From Eukaryota sp. GEM-RC1 (lineage: Eukaryota), in NCBI GenBank assembly GCA_040285855.1, contig JAUFOQ010000001.1:3658001-3722000 (forward strand): a stretch of 64,000 nt of DNA, in the 5' to 3' direction. The translations under genes were made by a program, and so were the position numbers. This document shows positions 23,321-34,952 of the stretch, one piece after another; positions within the stretch are counted from its first letter, which is position 1, and each line of letters opens with the position of its first letter. A model generated the notes under the pieces. The model ran no database searches, was not told where the DNA came from, and worked only from the letters and a program-made list of their open reading frames with translations.

Positions 23321-24060
23321 AATTGAGTTTAAATATCTGTGCATTGAACACAACAAGATAAACGTTAACCTACTCAACCAAAAATTTTCGCTGAGAACTT
23401 TACCGTACTCAGAACAATACTTACACAAAGGAAGTTAAAAAACCTTGTGCAGCTGTACCAACATAACCATGTATTGACATCGCAAACACAAAGTTATGAA
23501 ATACATGATAATTTCCTGACACGATAACCAAGGACCAATCGAATCACCACGAATTCTATCAACTTTTGGCTCATCGGAAAGATTAGCACGTAAAAGCTCA
23601 ATTTTTCCATGAAACCCATCAGCTTTAAACATATCCAAACATGTATCCCCGATACTGTTGTGAAGAATTGATCGAAAATGAATAAACTGATGACAGTTAA
23701 CTAAATGTAAATGGTGAAAATTTGAAGCCTTTGAACGACCACAGATTTATGGAGAATGCTTCAAAAGACCTGAAGGTCATAATTCTAACCTGAGTCTCAT
23801 GTTAAGAAGCCTTTGTGATCCAAAAGATTACAAAAAACATTCTTGGCAAACGAGAAACAAATGAAGACGCAGATCTTGAAGAAATATCATTCAAAAAAAA
23901 CACAAAAAGTGGGACTCTTAGTCTTAGCCAGGCTAATGCGGTTATTAAAGTCCAAGCTTTCGTGAAACAAAACAAACTTCTTCTGTAACTTGCGAACACA
24001 CAAAGGTAAAGAGAAAATGCTACCCCAACTGGAAAAAAATCTGACCACAAATTGGAGTCA
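23321..24060 (-). mobile_element. decayed family A RLE retrotransposon fragment
   Basis: Aligns to family A copies in the array (DMFKADGFHGKIE…PKVDR.RGD.IGPWLSCQEII), with internal deletions. Confidence 0.85.
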
Positions 24061-24178
24061 TAGGTAAATATAGGTACATGTAGTTGTTCAAATGAAATTC
24101 GGACGATTAATTTCACTTTTTTAGCAACTTTTTTTACCTTTTAAGCCCCGTTTTATAATCGTAAAAGTTCAAACCCCA

Positions 24179-27146
24179 ATGGCTGTACCACAAATACTTT
24201 CGTATGCTCCAACTTTCATAGACCTTTCTGTTGTCAAGGTTGCCATCTTTCCTGTAACAGAAGCTGATGTGGAAACTTCTCGCTCTATTGTCAGCGCTCT
24301 AAACCTTGCTGCTCAAGCCCCCATAGCTGTTCCCTGCTCTGATCCTGATTCTGTTGTTCACTACAACATCCATTTTGTTTCTCCTTTTACCACAGCCTCT
24401 GTAGAGTGGTCCTCTCTTTTCTAGCAGCCAAACCTCTACTCTTGATCGGTGTATCCTCCTCTACTCGCCCTCCGAGTGCTGACGTCATCGTTCTAACCCA
24501 GTCTTATATCTCTTCTCTTGATCCTTCTTTTTTGTCATATTCCCTACTTATTCCTGACACATCATCGTCTTTCTTTCTCTATGACAATCTTCCTTGTATA
24601 TCGTCCTCTTCTTCTACTCCTCTTACAATAACAGAAACTGTACTGCGGATATCCAAATTAGTCAAAGCCAAGCTTTCTTCTCTACAGGATCCCTCAGCTC
24701 CTGTTCTTCTCTTCCCCTACTGATGGGAAATTGAGCTCAAAGCAATTGTCTTTGAGGAGATTACTAGTACAAGCATGCGTCCACCTTTTGTCAAACAACA
24801 CGCGTGTTGCCAAAACTTTGTTTTCCTCTTGTATTGATACTTCGAGAGCTTTGAATGACAGCGTGGCAACTGCTGTCTCCTTTGAATACTACGTAGCGTC
24901 TTTGTTGCTGCTTTCCTTTCAAACTAACGAAGGTTTATTGTTAAGTTTCCTTGAACCGTATATAAACGCGGCAATTTCTGAATACTCGCGGTCATTAGCT
25001 TATTTCCCTTTGATTTGTTGTTGTCTACGTGTCATTACGTTAATTTTGACCTTACCAGCTCCTTGTTTGAGTTTAGATGGGTCTCAACCTGCAGCCAGTT
25101 TAACCACAAAATATTTTGCCAAAATTTTAAATGTAGTAGAATTTCTTCCTTCTGATGATCGAATTACAACCTTTATTTCTTTAGCTTCTATCTATGGTCT
25201 TTTTTAGTTTTGGTTCGTTGAATTGCATTTGGGTTTCCTCCAAATATTCTCTAAATAGCTTGCAACCTAGTAAAAGGAAATGCTCTCTTTTGTTACGGAA
25301 AGCTATGCTGGAAACACTTCAGTTACCTCAACCATCCTCTGAAGATGAATTCTCTCTGACACTTCTGCAATCTTGTTCAGATGTTTTTAAAAATTATCAC
25401 TTTTTTAAATGTCTCTTCGATTCTGATTCGGGTCTGGAATTCTCCACAAGAACTGTTTGGTTTCAACTGTTTTATGATCATTTGAGTATGACTGCTTTAG
25501 TTCATAGGCAACTGAAACGTCACCAAACTAGTTCTATTTCTGGTGTGATATTGTGCTATATCGGCCAGTTATGTATTATTTCCATGAAATATTTAAAAAG
25601 TTCCGTTTTTCAGTCAGTTATAACGAAACCTGCAAGCTCAGTATTTGAAGAGTTCTGTTCTTATATTAAATCACAAAATATTAAAAATCCTCTCACAGTG
25701 CCCGTTTGTTTTTTAAATTTTGTTGCTATTCATCTTTCCCAAGTTGATTTAAATCATTCTTCATCAAAAATTGAATCGGAGAAATCTCCTTTTTTATTTA
25801 AAAGTAAAAGTCTTTCCTCGAGTCAAAGTTCTAGTGAAGGTCCATCAGTCTTTGTCTGGAGCAGCTTTATTCAAGGTATGGTTACCCTGGTACTGTCAAA
25901 TCCATTTGATTTTGATGTTTTGTTATCCAAGATTGAAATCATTTTTGAATTTGAGCCTACTATTACAGTTGAATTAAGTGATGATTTGAAAAAGATAGAT
26001 TTTCTAAATTTTCTGTTCATCGAAGGGACGTCATTTTGTTGAAAAACGGCTTCGAATGCATGGTCGAATTTGAAATTCCAGGCCAGCCATCTGGTTCGAT
26101 TCGAATTTGTGATATATTTTTAATTTTTCATGACAATGTCAGAATGAATTTGGTTTCTCAAAGTACAAATGAATCAAATCTAGATAGTAAAAGCTTGGAC
26201 TTTTCCATTAAAGTTGTTGAAATGCCATCACTCAATTTAAAAATCCTAAATAATTCAAATACTTTAGCAATTTCAAATGATTCTGATTATCTTGCCGTGG
26301 ATGATTCTTTCGACTTTGAATTTCTATTGACTTCAATTGACCATACTAAGGAAACTGATGTTAGTAGTGAAGTTATTTCTGCACTTATGGAACTTCAAGA
26401 ACACTTGGCTGAGGAATTTTCAAAATTTCTTCCTCTCAAAGAAAAAATCCACAATTTATTTTTTTCTTCGAAAATTCAATTTTCTTTACACAATTCAATT
26501 AAAACTGATATTTTCACTAAAAAATATTCAACATTCATCGTCAACCAAAGTCATAGTTCCTGCCACTTTCCAAACAAAACAGTTTGGTTCTCCTCCCAGA
26601 ATTGTTTCAACTAGAGTTGTTTCCAATAGCTTGGTTGTTGTTACTGTCAACAACACATCTAAAACCGAATATGTGACCATCAAATCTGCGTGCGAAGATT
26701 CTATTGTAGTTTCACCAACGTCTTTTGGTTCAATTTTTGTTCAGCAATCAAGTCCTTTTTTAAGTTATACTTATCCTGGAGGATTTTTTGGTGAATTGGA
26801 CATTCGTTTGCCTCAAGACAAAAAAGTATCAAATTCTTCATTAACAGTTCCTAGCAACTCTATTACCACGAATATAGGAATCAAGACTCAGCTTACGGTT
26901 CAAGTGCGAGTGTCGGGAACAATTAGTTTTGGTTGCTCCACTCCAGTGATTTGTTTTGATGGTCCTCTTATTCAATCAGTTGACGTTCCCTCAGGGTCAG
27001 TAGTTGATGTCGTGATTGACTTTTATACTCTTTCAAAATCGTCCGCGACAATCGACGTGTATCTTCAGGAAATCAAGACTACAGAAACGAAATCAAAAGG
27101 ACTCGCACAGACTTCTAATTTGCAGGTTTTTGTACATTGTGTTTAA
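24179..27146 (+). CDS. TRAPP II subunit TRAPPC9/Trs120-like protein (several frameshifts, possible intron 25207-25258)
   Basis: Six abutting same-strand ORFs. Segments RRLLVQACVHLLS…A…F…I..SRALND…AVSFE, LASIYG…KRKCSLLLRKA, SPFLFKS and VTLVLSNPFDFDV..I parallel Trs120/TRAPPC9 (recognised from memory). Confidence 0.6.
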
Positions 27147-27434
27147 ATTGTTGCAAGTCTTTTCATTCAAAATCCAACAATTGATCAAAAGGTATTCTTT
27201 AAATACCACCGATGACGTGTCACTTGTCATGTAGTCCAATCATGTACAGTTTCTTTCAAATATATTTAAATATTGAAATAGTTTCTAGATTCGACATCAT
27301 TAACTTGAACTAATCAGACCTGAACGAAGCTTGTTTCTTTCAATTCTCTCGAATTGATATTTAAAATATTTCATCAGATAAAGAACACTTTCATTTGCTT
27401 GATTTGATCACGTCATCAAAATGATCCTGGAAAC

Positions 27435-27640
27435 ATCTGAAATAAATCCACAAGGTCCACTATTACAAAGGTCAATTAAAAAAGCAGCGAACTCGGGACT
27501 ATTAGTTTTAGCCAAGCTAATACGATGATTAAAGTCCAAGAGTTCAAACTCCTTCGTCAGTTGATTTTGCAGTTTACATACGGCAGACGGTAGAGATGAA
27601 ATATTTTTTAAAGGAGCCTCCTTTAAGAAATGCTATTTTG
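27435..27640 (-). mobile_element. decayed family D-like RLE retrotransposon fragment
   Basis: Matches 34880-34940 (GAAATAAATCCA.AAGGTCCACTATTACAAAG…AAAAAAGCAGCGAACTCGG). Confidence 0.6.
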
Positions 27641-27871
27641 ACACATTTTCATTTTAGACAAAAATTGATTTGCTCTTGAAACTGCTGAAAGGAAAAATAT
27701 AGATCAAAAGTGAGAACCAATTATCAAGATTCTCGTCAACACAATTCGTTTGTTTTCCATCCTTTTGCTGTTTCAATGTACAGAAAATGTCGCTTTTTTG
27801 GACACAATTTTTTACACGATTTTAAAATTGTGTAAATAGCATGGATGTAATTTTAATGAAAGTTATTGAAG

Positions 27872-28376
27872 ATGACATTAGACATTATGAGGATAAGGTA
27901 GGTGAGAAGTTCCAAGTAGGCAATCTGGACTTTGAGGATATTGATTATTAGATGCATGTACAATTTTCAAAAAAAAATTGATGATGATTTTTCTGATCTT
28001 GAAGTGGCTGAAAAGGAACAAAAACAAAGTACTGTCACTTAATTGACCAATTGAATGTTGACAGGTACAATTCTTTTGTGTTTCAACCTTTTGCGATGTC
28101 GATATACGGTAATGTTGGACCAGCTGCACAAGGTTTTTTAACTTCCTTTGGTAAATTGTGTTCTGAGTATGGTAAAGTTTTCAATGAAAATTTTTGGTTG
28201 AGTAGGTTAACGTTTGCGTTGTTTCGTTCAATGCATAGATATTTTAATTCAATTTTAGGTAAGTTGTTCGGTGATGGACAGAAGGATCATAGTTCAAATA
28301 CTTTAGTTAGTGTCTGTTAGTTATTAACTTCTGCAAATGCAATTATTTCACTGACTGATCATAAACCCCGTTTTTT
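27872..28376 (+). mobile_element. family B 3' tip fused to a family A 3' fragment with T-tail
   Basis: 27872-27965 equals the family B end (AGACATTATGAGGAT…GATTATTAG). 27975-28320 equals the family A RLE end (FQPFAMSIYGNVGP…LVSVC*), followed by the UTR and CCCCG-T6. Confidence 0.85.
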
Positions 28377-28429
28377 CGATGTAGTGTTGTTGTCAATAAA
28401 TACGAATACAGTCAAAAAATATTGAAGAG

Positions 28430-29413
28430 CTGAAGATTGTCATCTTCTCCTTTTAAAGCATGGTCCCGATATTTTGATTCGAATCTAAACCGTCTCTTTT
28501 CACTAATCTGAGCAATGATGTGTGATGATGATCTAGAGACTGTTGACTGTGACTGTCTAAACTTACCACATAACCCTTGGCTAAAAACTTTGTGTTAATA
28601 GAATTTAAACATAAAAGTGAATACGAGCACAATTTGTCGTACTGCAATTTCCAGAAAAATCAACTGTCATTTTGTGTCTGTCAATCAAATCAAACATGTT
28701 GCATCATACGTTTCATAAGTATCCTTGCTGACTTGGACTTCCAAAAAGAGGAGTGTGTTACCACTAAGTCTTCTGTTTTAGGACGAGTGTGTTATCTTCT
28801 TGTGATGTGACCCTTTTGATCACTTCAATGTCTCTTGGACTTCTTGCATGGTGAGATTCTACCCCTCAAACAAAGGAACAAAAAGGAATGAAATCAAGAC
28901 GGTACATTAGGAAACAAAACAGTAGAATGAACTTACTGTATGTAGACAAAAGGTTTTCAAAAAGGTAGGTTTCGAAAACACAACAGAAGACAACAAGAGG
29001 TGAGATTGATTTGGACAAGTAAAAAAATTGTCCAGTCGTGTTTTCGCCTTTGTGTTTTTAGCCAAGTTTTGATAAAAACTTAAGTTTTAAACTACGGAGT
29101 TGACTGACATTGAATCAGAAGAGGCAGATATCTTTCTGAAACTGGTCAGAAAGTCAAAGTGTCGATTTTTTGATATGAAATAACAACCAGCAAACGTATT
29201 GAGGAAGACACAGACAAGTGTATATAAAGAGGTATGATACCTCAAAGAATTCAAATCAAACCAATCGAGTTTTAAATGACAGCAATTGCACTAGGAGGTT
29301 GAGGAAGGTTATTGTAAGGCATAACAAGATCGAAACAGATGACACAGGAGGAAAAGAATGACAGTGAACAACGTTTTAGTACCCAAAATGACTCTTCAAT
29401 GACAGTCTTCATC
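28430..29413 (-). pseudogene. possible decayed membrane-protein gene
   Basis: Long hydrophobic minus-strand stretches (…YTLVCVFLNTFAGCYF…PLVVFCCVFETYLFENLLSTYSKFILLFCFLMY…) broken by stops; divergent from the BAR gene. Confidence 0.25.
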
Positions 29414-29508
29414 TTTGTGATTAATCTTTGCAAATCTTCTCCCCAAAAACACCATTGAACTGGAACTAGATTTCCCCTTCTCTCCTTCTTTTCGTTGAGG
29501 AGGAGTGA

Positions 29509-30231
29509 ATGACCGATACTGAGTCTTCTGTTGAGGCTGTCACTGCCTACCTCAGCAACACTCTTCAGACTTACACAAACATCAACAATTTGATGGAGTG
29601 CTGCACTCATTTGATCAAATCTGTTGAGAATTACTCAGAGAGACTTCTGATGTTTCTTCAATGCCTATCTACATGCACCTCTGAAACAGACCTCCAACTA
29701 AAACATCGGATCAACTGCCTTGTAGATGCGTTTGAGTTGTTCAAGTCTGCTCAAGATGTCATTCAGTTAAGATTCAAAGTACAAGTATACGAACCTCTGA
29801 AAGAAATTGTACATCTATTAAAGGAGACTCAAGCACTGGCGACACAGCGTCATAAGTGCTACAATAAGTGTTTTCAAAAGATTAGAGAATATGACAAATT
29901 GAAGGCCAAAAGGCCAAATAACCCTAAAATTCATTCCCTTGCTAATCAATGTAACGAGCTAAGTCGTGCAGCCTCTGTAGCTCATTTGGCTTGTGTTAAA
30001 CATTATTGTGAACTCGAACAAACAAGGATATCGGTTTTCAATGACGTGGTAATGAACTTTCTGCATTCTTTGATTCAATATCATGCGCAGTGCTTAGAAG
30101 CAGTATCATCAGGCTTTAGTAGTTGTGGTGCTGTTAATGTTGATCACGACTTTCAAAACGCTACATCAAAGTTTGTTATGGGAAATCATGAAGTTTCGAA
30201 AGAAGTTCTTTACACTTCTGACTCGGAATAA
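29509..30231 (+). CDS. BAR-domain protein, CIBAR/FAM92-like
   Basis: 240-aa three-helix pattern: QVYEPLK…YDKLK…LEQTRISVFNDVVMNFLHSLIQYHAQCLEAVS…VNVDHDF resembles the FAM92/SNX BAR C-terminus. Confidence 0.7.
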   Translation: MTDTESSVEAVTAYLSNTLQTYTNINNLMECCTHLIKSVENYSERLLMFLQCLSTCTSETDLQLKHRINCLVDAFELFKSAQDVIQLRFKVQVYEPLKEIVHLLKETQALATQRHKCYNKCFQKIREYDKLKAKRPNNPKIHSLANQCNELSRAASVAHLACVKHYCELEQTRISVFNDVVMNFLHSLIQYHAQCLEAVSSGFSSCGAVNVDHDFQNATSKFVMGNHEVSKEVLYTSDSE

Positions 30232-30853
30232 TTACGAAAAATTGTAAAAAAAATAGTTTCGAAAATTGGAAAAAATTATTTCTGGTTAATTCATTTTGAA
30301 CGGCTGACAAATTGAGTTTTTGGAGACAACATAAATGTATCTTCTCTTAATAGTCTATTCACTTTAGTTTGATTAAAGAAGGGACTGTGTAAATGCATCA
30401 TTTGAAGTACATGTTGACATCATTCCAAGTAAAAGTTATTGATGAGAACGAAAAATACCAATATCAAAGATACTCTAAAACATCTAATACAACGCCACCC
30501 CTTCCAATCAAAAATATTTGCAATATTTCTCAAAAATTTCATGTGTTTTTGACCCAGTATATTTTCAAATTTGAATTCTTTATGATCTTCACGTCTACAT
30601 TTTTGACCGTCCGCTTTCTTCTTTTGCAATTTTGACCTACCACTCCTCCCCTTCCTCTCTCCTCATTTCGTTCAGTATACAGTAGTCTATATTATAACAA
30701 AAAGTGCTTTATTCTATAAACATACACCAAAGAAAATAAAATAGACAGATAAACCTACCCCATCGCACAACATTCTCCTCCACCAAATAAACTCTTCAAG
30801 ATATCATCAACGTGTTTGTTCATAGATATAAGAAATTTCTAAATGTCCACATA

Positions 30854-31949
30854 CTCTAATTAACCTATTACTAGGCCCAGAAATCCCCTTGCTAGCCTAT
30901 CGCTTCGTGGCTAGTATAAAGTAGAGGCTAGTAAAGTTGGGGCTGGTATTAGGTAAGGGCCAGTAATTAACTTGAGGTCAACAACCAACAATAAACAAGA
31001 GAACTTTATACAATTGCTTTATTACGTTATAGCCCTAAATCAACCCCATACTACAGGCTCAGTTCTACCTGTGGGTTTTTGTAAAAAGGGTTGAATCGCG
31101 GACAAAAGTGCAGCAAGCTGAGTCCTTATAAAGTAAGCGATCGGCTTTTGTGACCTAAAAATATGTTTAACATCTGTTTCCATCGAAAGTCATGGAGCGA
31201 CAGCTCTGACTGTGGTCTCGAAAAGTTGATGAGAGAAGGCTAAGGACATGTTAGATGCGTTACTCATTTTAGCAATAGAAAGAAGAAAGAATATTTTATT
31301 TCTAAAGTTGTGGTTGATTTTACTACAGTTGACCCGTTTGCAAAAGTCTACCAAGACTCCATATTGAATGATTCGAATGGTCATCTTGAAAAGGCTGAAC
31401 AACGAAAGTGTTCAAATTATGCGGATGCTTTGCAGAAGCTTAATGAAAATCTATATTCTAAGTTTTCATTTGTTCCATTTGCCATTTCAATTTTTGGTAA
31501 TATTGGTCCAGCCGGTTTAAAGTTTTTCAGTGATTTTAGGCTTTTATGTCGTTCTAATGGCAAGGTGTTTAATAGCGCTGTATGGATTAATCGAATTATG
31601 TTCGCTCTTTATAGAAGCATTCCCAAGTATTTATGTTCCATTTATTCGAAGTTGTATAGGGACAATTCTCGTGTTGATGTGGAGAATTTAACTTCTTTCA
31701 TTTTCTGAATTAGTACGTATTAATTTATTGTTGCAAATAAACTCTTATATTTAATTTCTTTTTTTTACTTCTGCAAATGCATTTATTCCACTGACTGATC
31801 ATAAACCCCGTTTTTTATTTTATTCTACACTACTTGTACTAGTAGTAGTCTGGTACTGACATTAGCAGAAAACTATCAGAACAAGGTGGGCTAGCAATAG
31901 GTATTTTACTACCCCTCCGTGGCTAGTATTAGGGAAAGGTTAATTAGAG
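30854..31949. mobile_element. TA-flanked TIR element (Tc1/mariner-like, non-autonomous) with nested retro fragments
   Basis: TA|CTCTAATTAACCT … AGGTTAATTAGAG|TA; GGCTAG subterminal repeats at both ends. Confidence 0.75.
31300..31816 (+). mobile_element. family C RLE retrotransposon 3' fragment followed by a family A 3' tip
   Basis: VVDFTTVDP…KAEQRKCSNY…FVPFAISIFGNIGP…WINRIMFAL* (stop 31708), UTR ending T8, then ACTTCTGCAAATGCATTT…AAACCCCG-T6 (31767-31816). Confidence 0.85.
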
Positions 31950-32407
31950 TAATATATGTAAGTCTATACAAAAAAACGGAGTTAAGGAAGTGTCAACTAA
32001 TTTTAGTTGAAATTTAGAAGATCATGAGAAAGAGATCGTAGGAAGAATTTACCACAATGAATACAAAGCAGCCAAATGCTAGATCCTTGTTCTCTGACTA
32101 TGATTGAGCTTGGCTCAATTACTTTAATTAATTAATAGTTTTCATGGTGGTACTAAAGTGTCAATTTTAACGAAAAAACCTTATGTGAAACTTCATGGTA
32201 GTCTTTTAACTAAACTGTTGTTAGATGAAGGGGGCATAAATATAAACAATAAAACACTAGACACAGAAAATTTCTGGACAACACAGCCACCACAATTCTT
32301 ATACAACTTCGTGATAATTGAGTTAACAAACTTATGCATCTAACGGAGCAGAGACAATATCAAACAGTTAAGCCAATTTTATAGGTTAAATCTCCTATTC
32401 TGAGATT

Positions 32408-32917
32408 CAGCAACGACAAAAAAATTTATATTTATTGCATTGTTTATTGTTTGATAGAACAATAAATATATTGTCCAATCAAATATTGTATTGTATTGTA
32501 GGTATATTGTGAGAAAAAACAATAAATAACAATACAATATTTCTGCTTTATTGAAAGCTATCATCAGTCTGAATAATTGCTTTTTACACGTATAACTTCA
32601 CTTTCTGCTTCCCGAGTCCTAACAAAGGACACTGTATGCTGATTTCTATGCTTAATTTCCTTTAATTGTTGCTCAGAAGACATACCATCAGAATTTTCTG
32701 TAATATATACAAGGTGTTCCTCCATCAGAGGAATCCTAATGAACAACTGGGGGTTGCACATCTTCCAATAGTTTGGTTGTAATGTGAAGAACAGTGACGT
32801 TGTCAGATATGTGATTTATGTTATAGTTGCACAAAATGACAAATATTGTATTGTGTTATTGTACAATATATTGTTTATTGTGGACGTGAACAATAAAAAT
32901 ATTGTTTGTCGTTGCTG
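32408..32917. mobile_element. hAT-type MITE (510 bp) inserted in repeat R
   Basis: TIRs CAGCAACGACAAA / TTTGTCGTTGCTG; 8-bp TSD CTGAGATT / CTGAGACT; ATATTGT subterminal repeats. The flanks rejoin to match the uninterrupted copy at 7790-8045. Confidence 0.85.
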
Positions 32918-33085
32918 CTGAGACTTACACATAGATCCAAAATCAGTCAAAGACTGAGAAGCCATTCCACTAATACTACCAAAAATAGAAATAGTAAATG
33001 GAACAAATACAACTTTTGATTGAACTTAATAACATCTTAGGAATTCAAATTGATTTTACGTTTTTGAACTGTTCCTAGGTGGGTG

Positions 33086-34056
33086 AAACCTTTTAAAGTT
33101 AAGCTGATAACATAAGTTTGAGCACATGGATCTAACAATTATATTTGAAAGCTTGGATTATAACGTTCCACTTGGCATGATCAAGGAATAAATCCCGCCT
33201 TTGCAAATTTCTTAATGGATGTTTCTAATCGCTCTGCTTCATGTCTGATTACTCAAATCCCTCAAGCTTACGGTCTGTTTTTTGATGATAACTCTTGGTC
33301 ATTAACAGGCGTTTACGGTCATTTATTTGGCCTATGTGGGCAATCTGTAACACCTACACATTTATAAAAAAGACGGGGTTTATGATCAGTCAGTGAAATA
33401 AATGCATTTATTGAATTGTAACCGTTTTATTTTTTTTTAGAAGTAAGGTTCATGATTCTGTAAGGGGTCAATTATATTGTATGTGTAAATCTTATGGAAT
33501 AATCATTTTTTTAGAACCAGTTCTGGCTGGTTTGTTTGATGATACAGATTTTGACAATTCGTTTGGAAGTAGCCGTGGCGATGTCATATTTCATGGTCTC
33601 GATGGTTCTTTTATTATTGCTGATGTTATGTCTATCGACGTTAAAAATGGTTTCAACAAGAAACATACTAAATCTAATGCTAAAACCCCTCTGTTGATCG
33701 ATGAAAAATTTAAAAAATGGAATAATATCGTCCTGAATCGAAATTATTGAATTCAGTTTCATACTCGAATTACTTGTTGTACCCTTTTGTATTTTCAATC
33801 TACGTTTCTCTAGGTGAATCCGCCACATCATTACTTGAAATCTTTGTCAAGATTGTAAATCCAAAAACATCTAGGACTTTTGATCTTAGATTTTGGAAAA
33901 ATCGATTCGTGTTTGATATCTTTAAAGGTATGGTGACCACCGTATCTGGCGCTTTGTTATATCTCGGCAGACATTATGAGGATACGGTTAGTGACAATTT
34001 CCAGATAGGCAATTTGCCGACTTTGAGGATATTGATTATTAGATGTATGTACACTT
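33086..34056 (+). mobile_element. family B RLE retrotransposon 3' fragment (array-proximal, carries a 39-bp family A tip insertion)
   Basis: CG…HLLNC…RSKVHDSV…EP…RGDV…ADVMSIDV…YPFVFSIY.SLG…FWKNR; homologous to the B copies in the array. Confidence 0.85.
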
Positions 34057-34111
34057 TGAAATGTTTATTCGGCACCCAATAAGGTAACCTTCCTACAAAC
34101 TATGAAATTGT

Positions 34112-34941
34112 AAAAAACAAACAAATAATACTAAAATTAAATCCAAACGACTTCATCACCACCCGGTAAAAGATTACGTTTATCAACATTAACCTTCACA
34201 CCAAACTTGTACAATTTCTCAATTAATCTAGAGAACTACAAAGGCATATTCCGATATATGGAAAACACTATACGGTTTTTCCATTCAGCCATTCTAAACT
34301 TACGCTTCTTTTCCTTACACAATTCTTCGAAATCCTTCAAAAATTGATCACCAGCAGGACTAATAGATCCAAAAAGAGAAACAGCAAAAGGTTGAAACAC
34401 AAATTTGGAAAATGAGTTTCTATTTAATTCTTCTACTTGAGAGTCATACTTGGAGTGTTTGAGCTTTTCAGCAATGGATTAAAAGAAGAATCTAATATCC
34501 TACTAACACAAGATTTGTTACATACATCTACTGTAGTAAAATCCATTAATGATTGACTCGATTTAAGCCACGGAGTATGTAGATCCCCTCTTTTTGATCA
34601 GTAAATTTATTTTCTGAAAGATGATTCAAAACTGGTTCAACTTTAGAGTGAAAACCATGTGCTTTAAACATAGAATAACAAGAATCACGTACACCATCAT
34701 GAATTACTGCACGGAGATGAATAAAATAACGACAATTAATTGAATGACGAAAAACACCATTAGCTCGATAAGAGCAAGTTGAATAGTTTAAGAAATTTGC
34801 AGGCCAAATAGCCAAACGAAGACGCATATTGATCATCCAAGCTTCATCAGATAGATGTAATCCATACACCTTTGGAATTTGAGAAATAAATCCAGAAGGT
34901 CCACTATTACAAAGATCGATTAAAAAAAGCAGCGAACTCGG
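34112..34941 (-). mobile_element. family D RLE retrotransposon 3' fragment
   Basis: INMRLRLAIWP…HSINC…RAVIHDGVRD…FKAHGFHSKVEP…DFTTVDV…FQPFAVSLFGS; stop at 34137-34139, then a T-rich tail. Confidence 0.85.
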
Positions 34942-34952
34942 AAAAAAAACGG

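Noticed and set aside
93..27146. Euplotes-type programmed ribosomal frameshifting or a variant genetic code
   Set aside because: Shifts occur in both directions at assorted homopolymers without a common slippery-stop motif. TAA, TAG and TGA all end intact genes.
28320..28376. The conserved …GATCATAAACCCCG-Tn motif as a spliced-leader/snRNA target gene (CRE/NeSL-style site specificity)
   Set aside because: It moves with family A, is bounded by TSDs at unrelated sites and is absent from empty sites, so it is the element's 3' UTR and not the target.
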